44,015 nucleotides of DNA, taken from Escherichia phage vB_VIPECOTPH05B. Shown one piece after another: positions 37,203-43,692 of this stretch (position 1 is its first letter; the number at the start of each line of letters is the position of its first letter). A program made the translations under genes and the position numbers. The stretch is from sequence record PQ429080.1; one strand, given 5' to 3'. The notes beneath the pieces were generated by a model that was not told the DNA's origin, searched no databases, and saw only the letters and a list, made by a program, of their open reading frames with translations.

Positions 37203-37248
37203 TTTAATTTGCTCCTGGGTTAGTTGTATTTCATCGTACGTTAAGAGT

Positions 37249-37593
37249 TCAGCGTGCATACCACGCAGCGAGCTGTCTTTGCTTATAATACGAGCGCACA
37301 GCCGCCTTAAATCTAGTATAGGCTCCACGATATCCGTACCGTAGTAGTGCTGCAACCACATCGAACTGAATGTGCTCTTGCAACTGCCGCGCGGCAGCTT
37401 CTGTATACTCGCGGTACGTGGTGAGCACCACCGTAGAGTCCTGCCTACGAACTCGGAGGAGTCTACGCTCGACCGGTATGATTTGCTTGAGTTCATTAGG
37501 AACCTCTTTGAATGTTTCCCAAGTGCAGCCGCACTTGCCCTGTGTTTCCAGCAGACGCCAGCACAGCAGCGCTGTTTCGTCTACTGTGAGCAT
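37249..37593 (-). CDS. Hypothetical protein (114 aa), basic
   Basis: ATG start; overlaps upstream gene by 13 nt. Confidence 0.4.
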   Translation of the reverse strand: MLTVDETALLCWRLLETQGKCGCTWETFKEVPNELKQIIPVERRLLRVRRQDSTVVLTTYREYTEAAARQLQEHIQFDVVAALLRYGYRGAYTRFKAAVRSYYKQRQLAAWYAR

Positions 37594-37799
37594 GAGCAGT
37601 CCCTGAATATTACGTTCCGGGCCACTAGGGTGCTGCGGTCACTAGATATTAACCCACCAACCTTGTGCCCGGATGGTATCCACCGCTGCAAACGCTCTGC
37701 ATAGAACTCCGCGCGCTTATGCAGTGGGCCATCAAGTACAACCCTGTATAGTAACCCATTCGGGCGCTTGTATACGTCATACAGGTTCTGTTTGCTCAT
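37581..37799 (-). CDS. Hypothetical protein (72 aa)
   Basis: ATG overlaps the stop of the upstream small ORF (ATGA). Confidence 0.45.
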   Translation of the reverse strand: MSKQNLYDVYKRPNGLLYRVVLDGPLHKRAEFYAERLQRWIPSGHKVGGLISSDRSTLVARNVIFRDCSCSQ

Positions 37800-37975
37800 A
37801 CAATACCCCTTACATTAAACCGTAAGCAGTAGCCGCGCAGGGTCATACCCAGGCGCTGCGCTTGCTTCTCATAGTGCTGGCGCAGCGCTGCCTTCGCGTT
37901 GTACTCGCGCGCCAGTCCGTCTATTGTTGGTTGCTGCTTATGCATCAGCAGCGTCTCAGGATTCTTTCCGTGCAT
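37796..37975 (-). CDS. Small hypothetical protein (59 aa), basic
   Basis: Hand-translated: MHGKNPETLLMHKQQPTIDGLAREYNAKAALRQHYEKQAQRLGMTLRGYCLRFNVRGIV; GAGGT 7 nt upstream of ATG. Confidence 0.3.
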   Translation of the reverse strand: MHGKNPETLLMHKQQPTIDGLAREYNAKAALRQHYEKQAQRLGMTLRGYCLRFNVRGIV

Positions 37976-37983
37976 ACCCTACC

Positions 37984-38247
37984 TCAAATATCGTTGTTGC
38001 TCTTACCGTCCACCGTGAGCGTTACAGCGGCGTCCGGGTACTGCTCTTGCACCGCCGCAAGGATACGTGCGCCCAGCTCTTTGCAACCACCGTCCGGGTT
38101 CTCAAAGAGGTCATAGTCAGGGCGTGACTGCGGCTCCTGCGCCGCCGGTTGCTGTAACTGCACTGTGCAATATGGCACCGGGTTGTTTACGTCGTTGCCC
38201 AGCACCAACATAGCGCTAGTCACAATAATGTTGAATACGTTAACCAT
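37984..38247 (-). CDS. Small protein with N-terminal hydrophobic segment (about 87 aa)
   Basis: Start at internal ATG (M11 of the track ORF) with GGAG 9 nt upstream; MVNVFNIIVTSAMLVLG resembles a signal peptide or TM anchor. Confidence 0.4.
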   Translation of the reverse strand: MVNVFNIIVTSAMLVLGNDVNNPVPYCTVQLQQPAAQEPQSRPDYDLFENPDGGCKELGARILAAVQEQYPDAAVTLTVDGKSNNDI

Positions 38248-38461
38248 AGAGTTGTCTCCAGTCGTTGATAATACCAAGATTCACGGCGTCCAGCACAGTG
38301 CGGGCAGCCATTTCGGTGTAGGTATCCACAAATTCTAAAGGGGATTCCTGATTAGTGTCTTTGTCAGAGAATATAACCACAGTGTAGTTGTATTCCTCGT
38401 ATACCCGATTGCACCACACAGGCCAGAGTTCATGGCCCGGATAGACCAGTATTGCTTTCAT
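38240..38461 (-). CDS. Hypothetical protein (about 73 aa)
   Basis: Start at second ATG (M5) with GAGG 6 nt upstream; immediately downstream of hairpin copy A. Confidence 0.45.
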   Translation of the reverse strand: MKAILVYPGHELWPVWCNRVYEEYNYTVVIFSDKDTNQESPLEFVDTYTEMAARTVLDAVNLGIINDWRQLYG

Positions 38462-38490
38462 ATGAAACCTCATACTCCAGTTGCATTCAC

Positions 38491-38512
38491 ATAGCGCCCC
38501 GTAGGACGCTAT
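38491..38512 (-). promoter_or_regulatory. Conserved intergenic hairpin, copy A
   Basis: Minus-strand RNA AUAGCGUCC-UACG-GGGGCGCUAU: 9-10 bp stem with a UACG tetraloop; about 27 of 30 nt identical to copy B. Confidence 0.45.
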
Positions 38513-38522
38513 AGGCTTGCTA

Positions 38523-38696
38523 CTAAAGCACGCTTATACCGATACGTGAATAGAAGTCGCTGAGCTTAATCAAGCCCGCCGTGATGGTGTTCTGGAGGCT
38601 AGGCCGCGCCAGCGACTTCTGTGCAGCACTGGGTTTACGCTTGCTACGCATTTCAGCAGCATCAGCACGACGTTGGGCACGGTTACGGTATGGCAT
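38523..38696 (-). CDS. Small basic protein (57 aa)
   Basis: Hand-translated: MPYRNRAQRRADAAEMRSKRKPSAAQKSLARPSLQNTITAGLIKLSDFYSRIGISVL; AAGGAGAG 7 nt upstream of ATG; Arg/Lys-rich. Confidence 0.35.
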   Translation of the reverse strand: MPYRNRAQRRADAAEMRSKRKPSAAQKSLARPSLQNTITAGLIKLSDFYSRIGISVL

Positions 38697-38895
38697 AGTT
38701 TACTCTCCTTTGTTGTGGCATGATTGCCCTCTAGGGTACTCGTTAGAATACCCTATGAGAAATCACGCTAGAGATACTCACCCAATCCCTCGTACACCCA
38801 TTTTTGAGCGATTGCCCGCATAGGGATATCGAAGGCGTCCGCATCGTTCGCTGCGGGGCACAGGGCCCACCACTTGATAACCGGGACTTTATAAA

Positions 38896-39471
38896 TCATG
38901 CTGCCACCTTCAAAGTTGCGTCCAGTACAGCGCGTACATCCACGCCCTGATTGATAAGCATGCTCACCAAATCAGAGTCGCTTACGCCAGTCTCTTTAGC
39001 CTTCTTGATAGCGTTTTTAACGCGCCCCAGCGCCTGCAGGCGCACTGCATCGGCATCCAGTGCGTCATTCTTCACCTGCTCCGCTTCGGCGGCGTACAGG
39101 GCCATACAGGAGCTATAGAAGCTGGCTACAATCACTTCGCGGCCCTGCTTGTCAGCTTGTTTATAGTCCAGACGCATAGTGTCCAGTTCAATGCCCAGCT
39201 TCTCTGCCGAGGCGTAGCACTTCTTCGCGTTGAATTCGTACTTACCGGACTCTTTATTGAACTTGATAGGCAGCAGAGTACGCAGCACCATATCGAAGTC
39301 AGCAGCATCACTGCGCTGCATATCCGTAGCCCATGAGATGTTGCTGCTAATCAGGCCGTGAAAGAGCGCGCTGATAGTGATGTTACGTTTTGCTTCCACT
39401 ACGTCACCCAGCGCTTTGCGAATGCTGCCCGCAGCAGTGAGCTTGAATACTTTACCAGTTGAATGAGTCAT
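38896..39471 (-). CDS. Hypothetical early protein (191 aa)
   Basis: ATG with GAGGTG upstream; downstream of hairpin copy B; no recognisable motif. Confidence 0.5.
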   Translation of the reverse strand: MTHSTGKVFKLTAAGSIRKALGDVVEAKRNITISALFHGLISSNISWATDMQRSDAADFDMVLRTLLPIKFNKESGKYEFNAKKCYASAEKLGIELDTMRLDYKQADKQGREVIVASFYSSCMALYAAEAEQVKNDALDADAVRLQALGRVKNAIKKAKETGVSDSDLVSMLINQGVDVRAVLDATLKVAA

Positions 39472-39518
39472 AATGCACCTCGTTGATTGTTGGTTGTTTA
39501 CTTATCGAATTACTTCAC

Positions 39519-39540
39519 ATAGCACCCCATAGGATGCTAT
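39519..39540 (-). promoter_or_regulatory. Conserved intergenic hairpin, copy B
   Basis: Same stem-loop as copy A; one stem base pair is G:C in A and A:T in B (both partners changed), so pairing is preserved. Confidence 0.45.
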
Positions 39541-39549
39541 AGGCTGTAA

Positions 39550-39765
39550 TTAACGTCCGAACTGTCCGGCAGTGTACCAACCTTGCGGAGCCTTGCTGCT
39601 GCCCTTTGTTTTGGTCTTACCACGCACATTCGTGCTGAACGTGGCGGATTGCTTAGTCCGCATATACCCTGCGCGGTTCAGTGCATCCCGGCGCTTTCTC
39701 AATTCCGAACCGGATAACTTCTCCAGCCCAGCGAATTGCTGCGCTAACTTCTCACGATATTTCAT
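39550..39765 (-). CDS. Hypothetical small basic protein (about 71 aa), first gene after the ORF-free leader
   Basis: Start at first ATG (M6 of the track ORF) with AAGGAG 6 nt upstream; K/R-rich. Confidence 0.45.
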   Translation of the reverse strand: MKYREKLAQQFAGLEKLSGSELRKRRDALNRAGYMRTKQSATFSTNVRGKTKTKGSSKAPQGWYTAGQFGR

Positions 39766-40033
39766 TGCGTACTCCTTCAAAGTTAATGATTAACGCCCTA
39801 GCAGTATCTAGCAGGACGCTAACTCTTAACCTTGTTACCCACTGCACTACCGTGGAACCTGTGGTCAGGTCTCGGCGCTATTCTTTTAAGGGGCAGCGCC
39901 TCAGCGCCCCAGCCGTTTGTCGTCTCTGCTCTTGACGTTACATCTTTAATGCTACTGATTGTCTAGGATTGGTCGTCATCGTACCAGTCAAGGTACTGGG
40001 CCTCCCCGCAAACCAGCTTACTGCTTGCTATCT

Positions 40034-40062
40034 AAGTTACTCAGTGAATCAGAACTTGTCAA
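40034..40062 (-). promoter_or_regulatory. Candidate sigma70-type early promoter (TTGACA - 17 nt - TAACTT)
   Basis: Perfect -35 hexamer, 17-nt spacer, weak -10; in the ORF-free leader about 250 nt upstream of the first early gene. Confidence 0.3.
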
Positions 40063-40263
40063 GCGTTTATTTCTTACTGCATCGGGAGCCTGTTAACCTC
40101 CCCTGTGAGCTGTAGCCCCTCAGCGGGCGACTCTCTGGCTCCTGCCTTGCTCCACCACGGTGGGACACTTGCCGGGCTAGTCACGCCCTTGTTGGGTTGT
40201 AGTACCCTTCGGAACTGCTACCGTGGGAGCCGGTAGCGACCCTTACTACTTACTTCGGGATTC

Positions 40264-40292
40264 AATCTAGCTTATGTTCTTCGCGGTGTCAA
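40264..40292 (-). promoter_or_regulatory. Candidate sigma70-type early promoter (TTGACA - 17 nt - TAGATT) with A-rich upstream tract
   Basis: Minus strand reads GATAAAAAGAG-TTGACA-CCGCGAAGAACATAAGC-TAGATT; perfect -35, 17-nt spacer, 4 of 6 at -10. Confidence 0.4.
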
Positions 40293-40461
40293 CTCTTTTT
40301 ATCGAGTATCTAACCCTTCACACTATCTAGCCTTAATCCGGCGGAGCCTCCCGGCTAGGCCCCGGTTAGCCTAGCTAGTCGCTAGTGCCTCCCGGTGATT
40401 GAACTATAGCCCTATAGAACCAAAAGAAGCAAGCACTATTTTCAACTTTTTATCTCTGAGA

Positions 40462-40494
40462 GCAAAAAGGGTAAGCAGACCCCTAAAGGTCTGC
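40462..40494 (-). terminator. Possible terminator-like hairpin at the 3' end of the HNH gene
   Basis: GCAGACC-6 nt loop-GGTCTGC stem overlapping the HNH stop codon, followed on the minus transcript by UUACCCUUUUUG. Confidence 0.3.
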
Positions 40495-40869
40495 GTGCAG
40501 TAAGCTATTGTAATCCCCATAGGTTACGTCGAACTCTCGCCAGTTAGTGTCGTAGTCCGGACTAGCCAATAACTCCTCTTTTGTGAAACATCTCCCCTCC
40601 TTAATCTGCGCTAGGTGAATGGCGCGGTGAGTGTCGGCGCTAACCAATATCAGGTTATCAAAGGCGCAGTTAAGACGGTTACTGTCACAGTGATGTACAT
40701 GGTAGCCAGAGCCGTAGCTAGTGATACCCAGTGCATCCATAACCACGGCTCTATGCAGCGCCATAGTCCTACGGTCCTTTTTACCGTTCTTACGTATACA
40801 CGCTGGACCAGCACCGTTAATCACTGGATAGCCCTCTTTATCAACCACAATCTTAAATGTTCTAGCCAC
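40483..40869 (-). CDS. HNH endonuclease (third HNH gene in the window)
   Basis: 128 aa; HVHHCDSNRLNCAFDNLILVSADTHRAIH motif; apparent GTG start with TAAGGAG 8 nt upstream; flanked by the two longest ORF-free stretches. Confidence 0.7.
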   Translation of the reverse strand: MARTFKIVVDKEGYPVINGAGPACIRKNGKKDRRTMALHRAVVMDALGITSYGSGYHVHHCDSNRLNCAFDNLILVSADTHRAIHLAQIKEGRCFTKEELLASPDYDTNWREFDVTYGDYNSLLHADL

Positions 40870-40879
40870 AACAATAACT

Positions 40880-41694
40880 CCTTACATAGTGATGAGTAGC
40901 GTAACCATAGCGACGATATCCCGGAGGGATAGGAGCGGAGGTTACAAGATTCTAGGGATAGCAGCCTACTGCGTAGGCACAGGGCTATCCTAGTGAATAC
41001 CTAGTAGGGACTAGTAAGGACTAGTATTAAGTAGTGTGTATATAGTGCCCTAAAACCCTCCTACTCCGGTTACTTCATTTCATAATAGCTTTCGAATGAA
41101 AGTAAGAGCAAAGGGATAGCATTGGGATAGCGCTGGGATAGCGGCAGAGTGTGGATGTGCGCCCTAGTGGGGAGCGCGCAGCGTAGCATATAATTAGCAC
41201 AATGTAAAGCCCCAAGGATAGCCAGTGGATAGCCTAGTGCATACTAGGGATAGCACTAGGGATAGCACCACAGCGCACTAGCTGGCCCACTAGGCAGGCA
41301 CAAAATAAGCAAGGCAGAGCGCACCCCTATGGCCCACAGGGAGCGCACAGGGAGCGCCTAGTGAACGCACAGGGATAGCACCAGTGCCCCATAGAGCGCA
41401 CAGGAAGCCCTACAAGGCACGCACAGGCAAAGCCATAGGGTAGCACTAGCAATAGCCCTAGCGCAGCGCAGAGAGCCACTGAGGCCCACTGGTGCGCCCT
41501 AGCAGGCCCACCCAGTGCCCCCCCCCTAAATTGGCGCTAGGCACCCCCTATGGGGGCAATTGGGCGCGCTGAGGGTGAGGGACCCTGCCGCGTGAGTATA
41601 ATAAATTTCGGGTTCAGGTATAGACGTGCACCCGGATAGCCCCAGATAGCCCCACATAGACGCCCAGTGCTTACTCTAGTACTTACCCTAGCAC
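40880..41694. repeat. ORF-free repeat-rich region: at least 10 copies of GGATAGC plus CACAGGG/CACTAGG motifs, a C9 homopolymer and short tandem repeats; probable genome-terminus region
   Basis: No ORF of 60 aa or more on either strand across about 800 bp; GGATAGC at about 40956, 41114, 41125, 41136, 41216, 41227, 41248, 41259, 41373, 41634 (first three tandem copies spaced 11 bp); C-run at 41518..41526. Confidence 0.6.
41059..41080 (-). promoter_or_regulatory. Conserved element AAATGAAGTAACCGGAGTAGGA, copy 1 (candidate phage-RNAP promoter)
   Basis: 21 of 22 nt identical to the copy after the RNAP gene; lies in the repeat region upstream of the HNH gene. Confidence 0.35.
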
Positions 41695-41880
41695 TTATTC
41701 TGCGATAGCCCCGGAGGCCCGCAGGGACGCTAACAGGGCCGCCAGAGTAACCGCCAGTGCCTCTGCCGTAGTATCGGTAGCATCAGCTACAGCAACCCCT
41801 TGCAGTACCCCGCCGATAGAGTCCGTAGTAGCTTCCGGTAATACCGGTGCCTTTGCTTGTACAAGCTCAACCAGTGCCAT
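41695..41880 (-). CDS. Hypothetical small protein (61 aa) at the distal end of the lysis cassette
   Basis: ATG 1 nt after the endolysin stop; Ala/Val/Thr-rich with a hydrophobic C-terminal stretch; no lipobox. Confidence 0.4.
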   Translation of the reverse strand: MALVELVQAKAPVLPEATTDSIGGVLQGVAVADATDTTAEALAVTLAALLASLRASGAIAE

Positions 41881-41881
41881 A

Positions 41882-42490
41882 TTAACCTCCTACCCCTTTA
41901 AGCGCAGCGATTGCTGCATTCACATTCTTGTACTGGTTCCCAATAGCTTTGCTCTGCCACTGCCTGCGCTCCCATAGGCCCCAGCACACTTTATTGCGCT
42001 GCCCGTTAACGTATTGGGAACAGTCGAAGGTCCAGCGGTTGCCGCCCTTGTACACCCAGCCAGTGCCGGGGGACTTCTGCTGGTACTTGCTAATATAGCG
42101 CCAGTCCAGCACAGCCTTCGCGGCCGATGCATAATCAAGGCTTTTGAGGTGGCGCTTCACGGAGCTTCCGTTGAAACCCGCCACGCCTACGTTGTACGTG
42201 AAGTCCAGGGCACCTAGCAGGGCCACGTCAGAGAGCTGCATAGGAAGCCCGTCAAGAGCTTTTGCATGCTCCCCTGCTGATTGTATCAGTTGCTTCTGAC
42301 AATCGCTCAGCGTGGCTCTCTGGCCCATTTTGACGCCCTTTGTCTCACCGTAGCAGATAGTCGGGACACCGGCGCTATCCTTATAGGCAGTAAGGCTCAA
42401 CCCCTCGTTATGCTGCACCACCCCGGTAATAGCGCCGCCAAGCATAGTGGCCCCCGTAAGGGCCGCCACAACCTTAGTCCTTAAACTCAT
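41882..42490 (-). CDS. SAR endolysin, T4-lysozyme-type muramidase (GH24-like)
   Basis: 202 aa; weakly hydrophobic Gly/Ala-rich N-terminus (KVVAALTGATMLGGAITGVV) followed by the catalytic E-x8-D-x5-T pattern (NEGLSLTAYKDSAGVPT); start overlaps the holin 3' end. Confidence 0.85.
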   Translation of the reverse strand: MSLRTKVVAALTGATMLGGAITGVVQHNEGLSLTAYKDSAGVPTICYGETKGVKMGQRATLSDCQKQLIQSAGEHAKALDGLPMQLSDVALLGALDFTYNVGVAGFNGSSVKRHLKSLDYASAAKAVLDWRYISKYQQKSPGTGWVYKGGNRWTFDCSQYVNGQRNKVCWGLWERRQWQSKAIGNQYKNVNAAIAALKGVGG

Positions 42491-42725
42491 ATTTAATAGT
42501 CCCCTTACGTGCCTGCTCCTCTAGGAGCTTGAATGTACGCCGCTTGTAATACGCATTCCACGCCAGGGTTAGCACTGCGCACACCGTCGCAGTGATGAAG
42601 CTGATAGTGCTCCAGTTCCAGCTCATTACTTCTGCCACCCAACCTCCAGATACAGCCGCTGTAGTGGCTGTAGTCCCTGCCTTGGTGATTACGTCAGTAG
42701 ACACTACATCCGAAACCTTAATCAT
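42474..42725 (-). CDS. Holin (pinholin-like)
   Basis: About 83 aa from first ATG; weakly hydrophobic first segment, strong TM helix (WSTISFITATVCAVLTLAW), charged C-terminal tail; immediately upstream of and overlapping the SAR endolysin. Confidence 0.55.
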   Translation of the reverse strand: MIKVSDVVSTDVITKAGTTATTAAVSGGWVAEVMSWNWSTISFITATVCAVLTLAWNAYYKRRTFKLLEEQARKGTIKYEFKD

Positions 42726-42733
42726 GTACACCT

Positions 42734-43099
42734 CTATACAATTATCAGTGACTGTGAGAACACAGGCATCGGATAGTTAGTATCTTCCGCCGGGTAGAAG
42801 CCGTACCAGGGGCACCATATATCTCGGTTAGGGTACAGTATCACCCAGTGACTGTGACTTGTACCGCGTTCGCATCTAGCCCTCGTTATACGAGTAGCAT
42901 TCGATTTCGACCACCACACCCTGCCCAGACTCACCCCGCAGGTCCTCGCCACTTTAATTAAATCGCTAAAGGTGCTGGCATCTGTAGGACGTTTAAGGGT
43001 GCTTAGCCATGCGGCCTCAATATCCTCATAAGGGATATCTAAAAGGGATGACAGCGCGGCCGCGCCGCAATCGTCGTCCTTACGTTGTAGCGTCTGCAT
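42734..43099 (-). CDS. Small cysteine-peptidase-like protein (papain/C39-like Cys...His...Asp arrangement) in the lysis cassette
   Basis: About 121 aa from ATG with AAGGAA 8 nt upstream; N-terminal DDDCGAAALSSLL and downstream HSHWVILYPNRD resemble the Cys and His/Asp motifs of C39-type peptidases. Motif-level call only. Confidence 0.45.
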   Translation of the reverse strand: MQTLQRKDDDCGAAALSSLLDIPYEDIEAAWLSTLKRPTDASTFSDLIKVARTCGVSLGRVWWSKSNATRITRARCERGTSHSHWVILYPNRDIWCPWYGFYPAEDTNYPMPVFSQSLIIV

Positions 43100-43499
43100 C
43101 TTCTCGTTCCTTACTTTTACCAAACACTCTGCGCATCACCAGGATGACCACTAGGAAGATAAGTGGAATACTGGCCCCGGCTAATCCCGCCAGGATTAGA
43201 CTGTAGCTGTCGTTGTTTACTACCTGTAAACGGTCAGCCTGGATAGTACCAGTACTAATAGTCTGGACCTGCTTCTTACTAGAAGTGTCCAAAGTCCCAA
43301 CTGTAGAATCGGTTACGTCAGTCTTATTGGTGGTGCTGGCATCCACCTTGTTATTCAAGCCAACGGTTTGTTTGGTGTTCTCGGCACCAACCTGAGCAGA
43401 TACATCCGGCTTAGAACCAACTAAGCCGGTGAGTGCAGAGGTCGCCGAGCAACCAGTCAGAGTAACCGCGAGCAGTAACCCAGCGACCAGTTTACGCAT
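43080..43499 (-). CDS. Candidate unimolecular spanin: outer-membrane lipoprotein with C-terminal transmembrane helix
   Basis: 139 aa; lipoprotein signal with lipobox LTGC and Ser at +2; Ser/Thr-rich middle of about 80 aa; C-terminal TM helix (LILAGLAGASIPLIFLVVILVM) followed by RRVFGKSKERE; no Rz/Rz1 pair seen elsewhere. Confidence 0.5.
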   Translation of the reverse strand: MRKLVAGLLLAVTLTGCSATSALTGLVGSKPDVSAQVGAENTKQTVGLNNKVDASTTNKTDVTDSTVGTLDTSSKKQVQTISTGTIQADRLQVVNNDSYSLILAGLAGASIPLIFLVVILVMRRVFGKSKEREDADATT

Positions 43500-43681
43500 T
43501 AGCTTGCCGCCTTCACTGCGGCTACCGCGGCTTCAAGCGCAGCAATCTTGGTATCGAAGTCTGCGCCAGTCTGGGCAACGTTCTGCGGCTGCGTAAGGAT
43601 AGCATACAGGTCCTTACCGAGAATGTTCAGCTGGCGCAGCAGCTCCTGCTGTTGCGCTGAGGTTGCTTTTGCAATTGCCAT
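43499..43681 (-). CDS. Hypothetical small protein (60 aa), helical
   Basis: ATG with AAGGGG 8 nt upstream; TAA stop overlaps the ATG of the lipoprotein gene (TAATG). Confidence 0.4.
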   Translation of the reverse strand: MAIAKATSAQQQELLRQLNILGKDLYAILTQPQNVAQTGADFDTKIAALEAAVAAVKAAS

Positions 43682-43692
43682 AGTATTACCCC

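Noticed and set aside
35874-37496. Full 540-aa extent of the track ORF
   Set aside because: The 5' part would overlap the upstream gene (37249..37593) by about 250 nt in another frame; an internal ATG at 37202 with a good SD (or 37259) is more plausible.
41030-41058. T7/K11-type promoter (TTAGGGCAC followed by TATATACACAC on the minus strand)
   Set aside because: Only the upstream half resembles the K11 promoter; the initiation region and spacing do not match the consensus, and this phage's RNAP specificity is unknown.
41585-41605. Plus-strand TATAAT hexamer as a sigma70 promoter
   Set aside because: No acceptable -35 at 16-18 bp and no plus-strand gene downstream.
40880-41694. CRISPR array or tRNA genes in the repeat region
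   Set aside because: Repeats are 7-10 bp motifs without regular 25-40 bp repeat/spacer periodicity; no cloverleaf T-arm motif (GTTCRANYC with paired acceptor stem) found.
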